From Thermoplasmata archaeon (lineage in GTDB: Archaea > Thermoplasmatota > Thermoplasmata > Lutacidiplasmatales > UBA184), in contig JASHUJ010000075.1 in NCBI GenBank assembly GCA_030040035.1, forward strand, positions 1 to 60,954: 60,954 bases of DNA. The letters are read 5' to 3'. The position numbers were made by a program, and so were the translations under genes. Positions 36,701-44,434 of the stretch are shown here, piece after piece. Positions within the stretch are counted from its first letter, which is position 1, and each line of letters begins with the position of its first letter. A model generated the notes under the pieces. It saw only the letters and a list, made by a program, of their open reading frames with translations. It was not told the DNA's origin and made no database searches.

Positions 36701-37707
36701 GCGCCGCGGCAGCCTTCGACTCGCGCGACGGCTACGTGTTCCAGTTCGGCGGAGCGTCGGCCGCGGGGGCCCAGGCGGACTCCTGGACGTTCGTGCGGGC
36801 CATCTGGGTGGGCATCGACCCCTCGACCGCCGCCCCGGCCCGGTACGATGCGGCGATGGTCTACTCCGACAAGTACGAGAGCGTCGTGCTGTTCGGGGGG
36901 TACGGGACGAACGGGCCGCTCAACGACACCTGGGAATTCGCGGATGGCGTCTGGACCGAGGTCACGGTCACGACGCGCGCGCCGGCGGCCCGGTACGACG
37001 CGAGCATGACCTTCGACGAGAAGGACGAGTACATCGTCCTCTTCGGCGGTCGGAACGGATCGACGATCTTCGACGACACGTGGGAGTTCAAGCTGCTCAA
37101 GTGGACGAAGCTCAATCCCGCGAGCCATCCGTCGCCGCGGTACGGGGCGGCGATCGCCTTCGACTCGGTGGCGAAATACGTCGTCCTGTTCGGGGGGACC
37201 GATGGAACCGCGACGTACGGGGACACGTGGACGTTCGTGAAGGGGCAGTGGACCAACGTGTCGCCGGCGATCGGCCCCGGCCCTCGCCACGACGCGGCCT
37301 TGGCCTACGACGCGTACACCCACCAGCTCGTCCTCTTCGGCGGGGTCGGTAGCGCCGGCGCGTACCTCGCCGACACGTGGACCTTCTCGAGTGGGACCTG
37401 GAGCCGGATCACGCCCGTCAACTCGCCGGCCGCGCGTTCCGGCGCTACCTTGTACTACAATTCCCCGACCCGCAGCCTGGTGCTGTACGGTGGGGAAGGT
37501 ACGGCAGGGGCGCTCGGCGACACGTGGGCGTTCTCGAACGGCAATTGGACGTCGGTGGGCCCGCCGCAATCGCCCGGGGCGCGCTACGGCGCGACGATGG
37601 TCTACGATACGATCGACGGCTACGGCGTGCTCTTCGCGGGCACGAACGGCACCGGGCCCCTGAACGACACGTGGACGTACGACGACGGGACGTGGGCGCC
37701 CGCTTGA
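33763..37707 (+). CDS. giant secreted/surface Kelch-repeat protein (about 24 repeats)
   Basis: N-terminal signal/anchor RLAVTAVGACVLVLLINSLASG, then 24 units of ~50 aa: R..a..vYD......VLFGG......l.DTW.f..g.W. The track start is TTG 33709, but that codon lies inside a TTTAATT box (33704-33710), so GTG 33763 is preferred. Confidence 0.85.
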   Translation: MHRGTTGRLAVTAVGACVLVLLINSLASGPLDAVGGDGTLATSPATGPPGSQGSALLSAAAASLGRGAGPAAGASLQCTESSSAGSESCAAPSPALAATSAAPGFASPPPEWGYYLAYDELDHYVLLLGAGAETWTFSHGVWSELHPKVAPPSRSRMSLAYDPAGPYVLLFGGLGLKSATDALNDTWTYAAGVWTNLTSSAGHAPSRRYHAVMAFDNESDEMVLFGGTNNTAAVGDTWYFDAGKWSQVPIGGVLCGGPGQPDCANGTAPTDRYGASMVYDAASDYLLLFGGGAHDPALKGNKTYSDTWEFSGGAWTNITPAKSSPPPRILATLAYDSLDKYVILFGGLVTNKILNAGNDTWRFSKGSWTELHPPISPPTRVQAGMAYDPADGYIVLFGGLSSTAYNAPILGDTWVFQSGSWMEISVTASPTPRAGEGLAYDATDHYDLLFGGVYGPFVLNDSWRFVNGTWTKLDLAGPVPSPRYDASLAYDAHDGYVVLFGGRNATHYLDDTWTYSQGRWTQLHPSTSPPARASAAIVYDAASDELVLFGGQNSTTTFKDTWTFEGGVWTSVVSASHPASRSSASLAYVPSSGTAVLFGGLGPSGAILDDTWTFQAGLWTNDSHKVGSAPPAEYGGAFAQDLADGYAVLFGGNTSAGPSNETWEYSPNAWTEVAPTPYPSAREGSAIAYDPSYESLLLFGGFGNGRPLNDGWLFALGNWTALLPPARPSARVSASMVYDGKDNYVLLYGGIDGTRLLGDTWEYLNYVWTQVTTSQATPPARFDASLVYDATDHYVLLFGGEGTGGPLGDTWDYNNGQWSNLTPKHSPPSRLGAAMVYDPRDAYVVLFGGIGASGQDLADTWTYSHGAWSEISPATAPSGRANASATFDALDDYVVLFGGVRGSTYLSDTWTFAGGNWTKLQPAQPPAARASASLTYDSADKYVLLFGGEGASGALGDTWTFAGGEWSPLAVTTAPSPRSGAAAAFDSRDGYVFQFGGASAAGAQADSWTFVRAIWVGIDPSTAAPARYDAAMVYSDKYESVVLFGGYGTNGPLNDTWEFADGVWTEVTVTTRAPAARYDASMTFDEKDEYIVLFGGRNGSTIFDDTWEFKLLKWTKLNPASHPSPRYGAAIAFDSVAKYVVLFGGTDGTATYGDTWTFVKGQWTNVSPAIGPGPRHDAALAYDAYTHQLVLFGGVGSAGAYLADTWTFSSGTWSRITPVNSPAARSGATLYYNSPTRSLVLYGGEGTAGALGDTWAFSNGNWTSVGPPQSPGARYGATMVYDTIDGYGVLFAGTNGTGPLNDTWTYDDGTWAPA
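34080..37700 (+). repeat. tandem ~150-nt coding repeats (Kelch blades)
   Basis: GACACGTGGACGT(A/T)C (codons D-T-W-T-Y/F) recurs about every 150 nt, e.g. near 34316, 35293, 35441, 36341, 36631, 37221 and 37666. Confidence 0.8.
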
Positions 37708-37809
37708 CGGCCGCGCGGACGCGCATCCCGTCGGCGTCCCGCGCGCCCGCGCCGGCAGCAGGGCTCAAGAGAGATCGCCCGCTCGCGGTCGCCCGGCGGA
37801 TCGTCCGGC

Positions 37810-38358
37810 ATGCCCGACGCACGTGAGCAACGCGCCCGCACCCTGCGATGGCAGGACCCGGCCCAATTCGCCGAACCGATCCGCCGCCTGAGCGGGATCG
37901 ACTTCATGCGGAGCTTCCTGTCCGGCGAGCTGCCCCCGCCGCCCGTGATGGAATTGCTGGGGATCCGACTGGTCTCGATCGAGCCCGGTTCCGTGGGGTT
38001 CGAGTTCGACCCGGCCGAGTACATGTACAGCCCGCTCGGGAACGTGCACGGGGGGATCGTCACGGTCCTCCTGGACACGGCGATGGGCTGCTCGTTCCAC
38101 ACCACGCTCCCCGCCGGGGTCGGGTATACGACGATCGAGCTGAAGGTGAACTTCCTGCGCCCGGTCACGACCGACTCCGGCACGCTGCGCGCCGAGGGTC
38201 GGGTGGTCCACGCCGGCGCGCGGGTCGCGACGACCGAAGCGCGTCTGGCCGACCGATCCGGACGTCTGCACGCGCACGCCACCTCGTCGCTGCTCATCCT
38301 TCGGCCGGAGCCCGCGAGAACCCCGTCGGGCAGCGAATCGACCCGCCCCGTCGCGTGA
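37810..38358 (+). CDS. PaaI/hotdog-fold thioesterase
   Basis: LGIRLVSIEPGSVGFEF...GNVHGGIVTVLLDTAMGCS...GRVVHAGARVATTEARL. Confidence 0.85.
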   Translation: MPDAREQRARTLRWQDPAQFAEPIRRLSGIDFMRSFLSGELPPPPVMELLGIRLVSIEPGSVGFEFDPAEYMYSPLGNVHGGIVTVLLDTAMGCSFHTTLPAGVGYTTIELKVNFLRPVTTDSGTLRAEGRVVHAGARVATTEARLADRSGRLHAHATSSLLILRPEPARTPSGSESTRPVA

Positions 38359-38462
38359 AGGTCCGTACCACGAGCGCCCGGCGGTCCAGCACGGACGGGA
38401 TGCGAGGGCGCCCCCCCTCGAAAGCCTGAGGACCGTGGGCGGGCTCGGCGGGTCGAGGGACC

Positions 38463-40547
38463 GTGGCCGAGACGTACGACGTCGCGATCCTCGGCACGGG
38501 ACTCTTCGGCGCGGCATTGGCCTACCATCTCGCCGAGGACCCGTCCCTCCGCATTCTGGCGATCGACGCGGAGCGCACCCCCCGGCAGCCCAGCGCGACC
38601 GATGCGAGCGCCGGGATCCTCTCGGTGCAGGGCTGGGATCCCTGGGACCTCGGGATCGTACGGGAGAGCACCGAGGAGTACGTCGAGATCGCCGAGCGGG
38701 AAGGTGCGCCGCCCGTCCGACGTGACGGAGGTCTGCGCGTGGCCCGAACGGAGGTCGGGGTCCGCTGGCTCGCCCGGGTGCAGCGCGTGCTGGAGCGAGA
38801 AGCGGTCGCGAACCGGCAGGTCGGGCCCGAAGCGGTCCGGGAGATCCTCCCCATCGCCGATCTGAGCGACGTCCGGGCGGCGCTCTTCACTCCGGACGAC
38901 GCGACGATCGAACCGACCGCGATCCGATCCGGCTATCTCCGAGCCGCCCAGCGCGCCGGGGTCGACCAGCGCTCCCGGGCCGACGGGATCCGTGTCGATC
39001 GACTTGCGGACGGCGCGTGGAGCCTCGGGACCGAGCCGACCTGCGTCGCCCGCGCGCTGGTCGTCGCCGCGGGTGCCTGGTCGAAGGGGGTCCTCCAGTC
39101 GCTCGGCCACTCGATCCCGGTCGCACCGTTCCGGGCGCAGGTCGTCCGGTTGCGGCCCCGCCCCCTCCTCCCGCCGTTCCCTACGCTCCACGATCTCGAC
39201 CTGGGTCTCTACGTGCGGTCGGCCCCCGACGGTCGCGTCCTGGCGGGCGATGGGACCGGGTCGACCGAGGAGGACCCCTTCCGCTGGGAGGCGGAGGCGG
39301 ACCGATCGTTCGTCGAGCGGATGGAGGCGAGCGTGGGGTCCCTGCTCGGCGGACTTCCGACCGCCCCCCGTGAGGCCGCGTCGGCCGGGCTCTGCACGGC
39401 CTCTCCCGACCGCTATCCGCTGGTGGGCCGGGTCCCGAGGGCCGAAGGATTGTACATCGCGACCGGGTTCAACGGGTTTGGCGTGATGCGGGCCGGGGGT
39501 CTCGCGCGGCGCCTCGCCGAGGCGATCCGTTCGGGTCGGTGGGAGACCTTACGTCCGGCCGACCCAATGCGGTTCCCGGAACCCGGCCTTCCGTTCGACC
39601 CGGTTCCTGAGTTTCCGCTGGAATCCGAGGGCGAGGATCCCGGACCGGTTCGGGACGGGAGCCCGCGGCCGACCGTTCCGGCCGCCGTACGGCGGGGGGA
39701 CGGAGCCATCGGATACCGATCGATCGGGACGCTCGAGGAGGTCGACCACCTGCGCTGGGCGCCGCTCTCCGGGTGGTTCGATCCGTTCCTTCCCACGTTC
39801 GCGAAAGACGCACTGCGGACCGGCGGAGCGGTCGAGGTCGCCGAGGACGGCGGGACGGTTCGGGGCCTCCTCCTGTCCGGGGCCAGCGAGGGCGTGGGAT
39901 CCGGGTTTACGCGGACCCGCGCGATCGCCGAGCGGTACCTCACCGCGATGGATCCCGCCGGACTCTACCTGGAGGCACCGTGGGTCCCGGGCGGGGCGCC
40001 GGTCGAGGTCTTCGCGGCGGACCTTCGGGATTGGACTCCCCGGGAAGGGATCCGGAACCCAGTGCGGATCGCCGGGCCCCGGGACCTCGAACCGATCCGA
40101 TCGTTGATGCGCGCTCTACTCGGGCCGGGGGTCGACCCGTGGATCGCGACGCTGCCGCGTCCCGAGGAATCCGGCTTCCTGTGCGAACTCGACGGACGGG
40201 TCGTGGGGGTCAGCTGGCTCACCCGCGTGGGGGGGTACGCGCGCGGCCACTCGTTCCTCGTGCACCCCCGCTTCCGAGGGCTCGGGATCGGAGCGGACCT
40301 GCTCACCGCCCGGATGCACTGGTTGCGGCGCACGGGAGGTCGGCAGGTCGTGAGCGAGATCTACGACGGCAACGTCGCCTCGCGGGCGGCCGCCGAGCGG
40401 GCCGGGATGGCGCCGGTGGGCCGCATGTTCCACTTCGGGCCGTCGGCGCGCGCGCGACCTCTCGCTACGTTCGAGGTGCCCCGCAGTTGGGGCAGTTCGT
40501 GGCCGTCGAGTCCATCAGCGTCCCGCAGTACCGGCACGGGACCTTGA
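38463..40547 (+). CDS. FAD-dependent oxidoreductase (DAO-type) fused to C-terminal GNAT acetyltransferase
   Basis: YDVAILGTGLFGAALAYHLA (GxGxxG) ... GFNGFGVMRAG. The C-terminus is VVGVSWLTR...HPRFRGLGIGADLL...SRAAAERAGM (GNAT motif A). Confidence 0.7.
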   Translation: MAETYDVAILGTGLFGAALAYHLAEDPSLRILAIDAERTPRQPSATDASAGILSVQGWDPWDLGIVRESTEEYVEIAEREGAPPVRRDGGLRVARTEVGVRWLARVQRVLEREAVANRQVGPEAVREILPIADLSDVRAALFTPDDATIEPTAIRSGYLRAAQRAGVDQRSRADGIRVDRLADGAWSLGTEPTCVARALVVAAGAWSKGVLQSLGHSIPVAPFRAQVVRLRPRPLLPPFPTLHDLDLGLYVRSAPDGRVLAGDGTGSTEEDPFRWEAEADRSFVERMEASVGSLLGGLPTAPREAASAGLCTASPDRYPLVGRVPRAEGLYIATGFNGFGVMRAGGLARRLAEAIRSGRWETLRPADPMRFPEPGLPFDPVPEFPLESEGEDPGPVRDGSPRPTVPAAVRRGDGAIGYRSIGTLEEVDHLRWAPLSGWFDPFLPTFAKDALRTGGAVEVAEDGGTVRGLLLSGASEGVGSGFTRTRAIAERYLTAMDPAGLYLEAPWVPGGAPVEVFAADLRDWTPREGIRNPVRIAGPRDLEPIRSLMRALLGPGVDPWIATLPRPEESGFLCELDGRVVGVSWLTRVGGYARGHSFLVHPRFRGLGIGADLLTARMHWLRRTGGRQVVSEIYDGNVASRAAAERAGMAPVGRMFHFGPSARARPLATFEVPRSWGSSWPSSPSASRSTGTGP

Positions 40548-41514
40548 CGGTCTCCCGGATCACGACCTGCTGGACCGGCGGCTGGTCCCGCGGGATGAGG
40601 TTCACCGGGGCGGGCGGCGCGAACGTGGGCATCGTGCCGGGGACCGCGGTCGTCGGGTGACGCGGCAGTGCGGGACCGCGTCGTCGGCGCCGCAGGGCCA
40701 CGGCCACGACGAGGACCACGATGACGACGACCACGATCGCGGCCACCACGATCAGCCACGGGAAGGACGGGGTCGTCGAGGTCGACGGGGGCGGGGACGT
40801 CGACGTGAGCGCGAAGCTCGTCTGGGTGTCCGTGAGCCGGTCGGTGTACGTGAACCCGTCGCCGGCCGAATCCGAGTCGTGCTCGGTGTACACGTAGCCG
40901 AGGATGTAGCCGGTCCCCGGATCGAAGTAGGCCTTCCAGTTGTAGGCGGCGGCGAAGTCCCCGTACGCGTCGTCCCGCTGGTAGCTCCCGTTGCCTTCGG
41001 TGAAGATCGAGGCCACGTATCCGGTCGGGCTCGAAGCCAGGGCGAACGGAACGTCCGTCCCGACGACCGTCATCGGGGAGTTCAGGAGGTCGAACGGGGC
41101 GCCCGGGCCGAGACTGTCGTTCATGTAGAACCACACGTACGGATCGACGTACCCGGTCTGGTTGTCCGTTCCGGCGACGTAGTGGAAGCTCGTGCCCGAG
41201 AACGAGAACGAGCCCCCCTCGGACCAGGGATAGTCGGCGCCCTGGTCGTTCTGGTACGTCCCCGAGGCGGCGTAGGTCGCGTTCGCGGTTCCGTTCGGAG
41301 CGACCGCGGTGACCGCGATCGAGCCGGTGTAGCTGCCCGTCTCGGTGTAGCCCGAGTAGTTCCCGGTGCCGTTCGTGACGGTGATCGTCTCCGCGTACGC
41401 GAACCGGTCGCCGGCCGCCGGCAGGTAGTGGCCGGGTCCGCTCGCGGTCGCGGTGCCGGCCAGCCCGAGGACGCCGAACAGGATCAGGAGGAACCCGACG
41501 CCCCGGGCTCTCAT
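40465..41514 (-). CDS. type I membrane protein: signal peptide, Tyr/Gly/Thr-rich ectodomain, STP stalk, TM helix, cytoplasmic zinc ribbon
   Basis: MRARGVGFLLILFGVLGLAGTATASG; at least 7 N-x-S/T sequons; TSTSPPPSTSTTPS; WLIVVAAIVVVVIVVLVVAVALRRRRR; CRYCGTLMDSTATNCPNCG. Confidence 0.65.
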   Translation of the reverse strand: MRARGVGFLLILFGVLGLAGTATASGPGHYLPAAGDRFAYAETITVTNGTGNYSGYTETGSYTGSIAVTAVAPNGTANATYAASGTYQNDQGADYPWSEGGSFSFSGTSFHYVAGTDNQTGYVDPYVWFYMNDSLGPGAPFDLLNSPMTVVGTDVPFALASSPTGYVASIFTEGNGSYQRDDAYGDFAAAYNWKAYFDPGTGYILGYVYTEHDSDSAGDGFTYTDRLTDTQTSFALTSTSPPPSTSTTPSFPWLIVVAAIVVVVIVVLVVAVALRRRRRGPALPRHPTTAVPGTMPTFAPPAPVNLIPRDQPPVQQVVIRETVKVPCRYCGTLMDSTATNCPNCGAPRT

Positions 41515-43052
41515 CCGCCGAACCCTCCGCCCCAGCCCCCGCCGCCGACCGCGTGGAGATGGGCCGGGTGGACCCCGCCCATCGCGCTGTACGTCGCGTA
41601 GTAGCCGCCGTGGACGACCACGACCGGGATCCAGAGCCGGGGCGCGGCGTTGTAGTACGAGAAGCTCGGGTACGTGGCGGGCTTCGTCTGCGTCGGGTCG
41701 AGCTCGTTGACGCTCCGGACGTTCACCCCATGGATCGTCCGCACCGCGAGCGAGAGCAGCTCGGCCGACGACATCGGACCGGTGCGCTGCCCGAGGATCT
41801 CGTACGCTTTCTCGAGCAGGTTCAGCGTCTCGTTCGCCTCCAGGACCGGGATCGAGGCGAGGATCGCGGCGGCGACGAGCGGGTACTCGAGGTAGGCGCT
41901 CACCCCCCGCACGAGGATCGCCATCTTCGTCGCGATCGTCCCGGGCGGCAGGTCGGAGAGCGCGAGATAGGCGGACGCGAGCTCGGTGTCCTCGCTGACC
42001 GAGTACCCCCAGCCGGAGAAGATCGCCTTCACCTGGGTGAAGGCGGTCTTAAGGTCGGCGAACGGCTTGTTCACGATCGCGAGCAGCGCCGCGGATTCGT
42101 ACGACGGGGTGACGCGCAGGAACTGCGCCAAGGGGTCGGTCGCGAACGTCCCGTCCGCCCGTCGACCCGAGAGAAGGATGGCCGCCACTCCCGGAGCGGC
42201 GTCGTCCGGGATCCCGAGCGTCCGGACGTTTGTTACGAGCGTGCCCAGGTCGGCGCTCGAGTTCGCGAGGGGCTGAGGGATGCCGGTGAGCACCTCGGAG
42301 GCGAGCAGCCGGTTCTCGAGGTTCGACGTCAACGCGGCGACCGCGTGGTACGCCGCCAGGAACGCCGGGACCTGCTGCGCGGGATCGCCCTTCTGCTTCG
42401 CGATCCCGATGGCGACCGCCCAGAGGTAGACGGGATCGATGCCGGCGAGGGCCTGGGAAAGGGGTACGTGGACCGCCGCGGCTTGGTTGACGATCGAGCC
42501 GATCTCCGTGTCGATCGCTTGGGCCTGGGTCCAGTACGACGCGAACTCCTCGTCGCCGACCCGGTAGAGCGCGACGTTGAGGTCGCGCAGGGCCACGCGA
42601 CCGGCGGTGGTGATCGCGATGAACTGGCCGTCGTACGCGCTCATCTGGGCGAGCTCGCCCTGCTTCACGAGGAGCTGCGCGAAATCGGCCTCGCGCTTCG
42701 CGACCTCGGCCTCGAGGGACTGCAACGCCTCCTGCTCCTGGTGGAGCTGGTCGACCGACGCCTCCTCCTTGTCAACCCCCTCCAGGTGGAAGAGGACCGA
42801 GTGCGTGCGGCGCGTGTCCGTCGTGAGGGAGTCGGACATCTGGGCGACCTGGGCCTTCTCCTGGTCGATCGCGGCCTGGGCGGCCTGCAGCTGGGCGACC
42901 TCCGCTTCGAGCTGGGTCTTCTGATCCGGCGACAGCAGGTCGATGAGCCCGAGTTGTTGGAGCGCACTCACGTCCGTCGCGGCGAGATTCCCTTGGACCG
43001 ATCGGGCGCTGACGCTCTGCAGGAACGCGGCGACGTGGGTGCAGTCGGGCAT
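41511..43052 (-). CDS. coiled-coil + helical-domain protein with Gly/Trp-rich C-terminal tail (no family recognised)
   Basis: ATG at 43052, 1 nt after the upstream stop. Heptad-like QLEAEVAQLQAAQAAIDQEKAQVAQ and EQEALQSLEAEVAKREADFAQLL. Tail HAVGGGGWGGGFGG. ATGA overlap with the next gene. The track ORF 41511..43799 over-extends. Confidence 0.6.
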   Translation of the reverse strand: MPDCTHVAAFLQSVSARSVQGNLAATDVSALQQLGLIDLLSPDQKTQLEAEVAQLQAAQAAIDQEKAQVAQMSDSLTTDTRRTHSVLFHLEGVDKEEASVDQLHQEQEALQSLEAEVAKREADFAQLLVKQGELAQMSAYDGQFIAITTAGRVALRDLNVALYRVGDEEFASYWTQAQAIDTEIGSIVNQAAAVHVPLSQALAGIDPVYLWAVAIGIAKQKGDPAQQVPAFLAAYHAVAALTSNLENRLLASEVLTGIPQPLANSSADLGTLVTNVRTLGIPDDAAPGVAAILLSGRRADGTFATDPLAQFLRVTPSYESAALLAIVNKPFADLKTAFTQVKAIFSGWGYSVSEDTELASAYLALSDLPPGTIATKMAILVRGVSAYLEYPLVAAAILASIPVLEANETLNLLEKAYEILGQRTGPMSSAELLSLAVRTIHGVNVRSVNELDPTQTKPATYPSFSYYNAAPRLWIPVVVVHGGYYATYSAMGGVHPAHLHAVGGGGWGGGFGG

Positions 43053-43053
43053 C

Positions 43054-44238
43054 TCAGGCGTCCACGAGCGGAAAATTGGTATAAAGTCCCTCGTCGGCGA
43101 GGGCGTTCCGGATCTGGAGCGACGCCGGCCGACCCTCCCCGGCGAGCCGGACGTACCGGTCCTGCGCGAGCGCCCGTTCGAGCAGGGCGACGAGCTGCGC
43201 CTTGCGCGACTCCGGGCCCCCGAACCGTCGTCGGCGTTCCTGATCGATCTGCTCGTAAGCGAAGAGGAATTCGTACAGCGATCGGAACACTTGGTCCTCG
43301 ATCTTCTCCCGTACCCGATCCCGGTCGACCCCCTCCTCCTCGATCCCTTCGAGGTCGACGAAGTAGACGGTACCGTCGGGGGCGATGACCGCGTCCTTGT
43401 CCAGCCAGACGTCGTGGAAGTCGAGCCCGTAGTACCGGTCCCGCGCGGGGTCGAACCGGAGCGTCCGTGCGAAGAGCGTGAGGAGCGGGACGGTCGAGCG
43501 CAAGTAGGCGACCTCGAACTGGAGGGCCTGCTGGGCCGAGTCGAGGTGGAAATGGTCGAACACGTCGCGCACGCCCGTACCCACGGTCTGTTTTCCGTGG
43601 AAGTAGATGCGCACGTTCGAAGGGACGAGTCGGATCTCCTGGACGATCGGTCCGGGGAATCGACGGAACCAGTGCAGCGACCGGATGCGCTCCTCGAGGA
43701 CCGGGGGCAGGTGGGCGATCTTGACGACCGGCGCGAGGCGGAATCCCGCGAGCGACGTGAGATCGGCCCGCTCGGAGATCCCGAGCGCGATGCGCGCATG
43801 CTCCAGCCCTTGGCCGCCGTACGGGGAACCCCGCAGCCAGACCTCGCCCGTGATGATCCGCTCCGGATCGTCCGGGGCGGGCGGCACCGTCGGCGAGGCG
43901 AGCCGGCGGCGCACGTCGGGATCCTCGGTCAGCCGCTCCACCGACGACCGGTCGAGCGGCCGGGACGCGAACGGATCCACGGCGGATCCGACGCCTTTCA
44001 CCGACAGATAGAAGGCGGTCCCGTCGAGGGTCGCGATCGGGTCGGTCGCGACCGCGCCGCGGTTATCGTCCTCGAGGAACGACCGAACCGCGATCGGGGG
44101 ATCGTCCAGCAACCCGGTCAGGGCGGGCGGCAAGAAGAGCCGGTCGAGCGCCGGTAACTCGACGTGGCGGAACCGGTCATTCGTGGTCGTGCGCGCCGGG
44201 TACTCGGCGAGCCGGATCGGCATCCCGCGGAGGGACAC
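43054..44238 (-). CDS. protein-kinase-like-fold protein (atypical, family not recognised)
   Basis: YLSVKGVGS (beta3-Lys-like), FHDVWLDKDAVIAPDGTVYFVDLEG (catalytic-loop-like HxDxxxxD plus a metal-binding DxE/DFG-like site). Confidence 0.5.
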   Translation of the reverse strand: MSLRGMPIRLAEYPARTTTNDRFRHVELPALDRLFLPPALTGLLDDPPIAVRSFLEDDNRGAVATDPIATLDGTAFYLSVKGVGSAVDPFASRPLDRSSVERLTEDPDVRRRLASPTVPPAPDDPERIITGEVWLRGSPYGGQGLEHARIALGISERADLTSLAGFRLAPVVKIAHLPPVLEERIRSLHWFRRFPGPIVQEIRLVPSNVRIYFHGKQTVGTGVRDVFDHFHLDSAQQALQFEVAYLRSTVPLLTLFARTLRFDPARDRYYGLDFHDVWLDKDAVIAPDGTVYFVDLEGIEEEGVDRDRVREKIEDQVFRSLYEFLFAYEQIDQERRRRFGGPESRKAQLVALLERALAQDRYVRLAGEGRPASLQIRNALADEGLYTNFPLVDA

Positions 44239-44434
44239 GGAGGTTCCCAGCCCCGGGACGAACGGAGGTCTCTTGAACGTCTCGTACCCGCTCCGACGAC
44301 GACGAAGGGATCGTCGTCCGGAGCTTCCAAGCCCGCTCGGGTCCCGAACGCTCGACGGATCGGGCGTGCGCGAACCGTTCGGCCCGTCGAAGCGTCCTTC
44401 TACCCGAGACCGCCTCCGCGATAGGGGGCTCCCC

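Noticed and set aside
32896-37569. Long minus-strand ORFs (32896..34878, 660 aa; 34948..37569, 873 aa) opposite the BNR and Kelch genes.
   Set aside because: They are extremely Arg/Gly/Pro/Asp-rich with no motifs. They are exact antisense shadows of genes with strong repeat and motif evidence on the plus strand.
34316-37680. Periodic CACGTG palindromes (within GACACGTGGACGT) every ~150 nt, which could be mistaken for regulatory sites or a repeat array.
   Set aside because: They are the codons for the conserved D-T-W of each Kelch blade, in frame with a continuous ORF. There is no spacer/repeat organisation like CRISPR.
32105-37707. The idea that the GG-terminated ubiquitin-like protein and the Kelch-repeat protein form a eukaryote-like Ub/Kelch-adaptor (E3-like) system.
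   Set aside because: The Kelch protein has an N-terminal signal/anchor and many N-glycosylation sequons, so it is extracytoplasmic. No E1/E2/RING/cullin-like or BTB domains are visible, and the genes are separated by the BNR gene and a ~200-nt gap.
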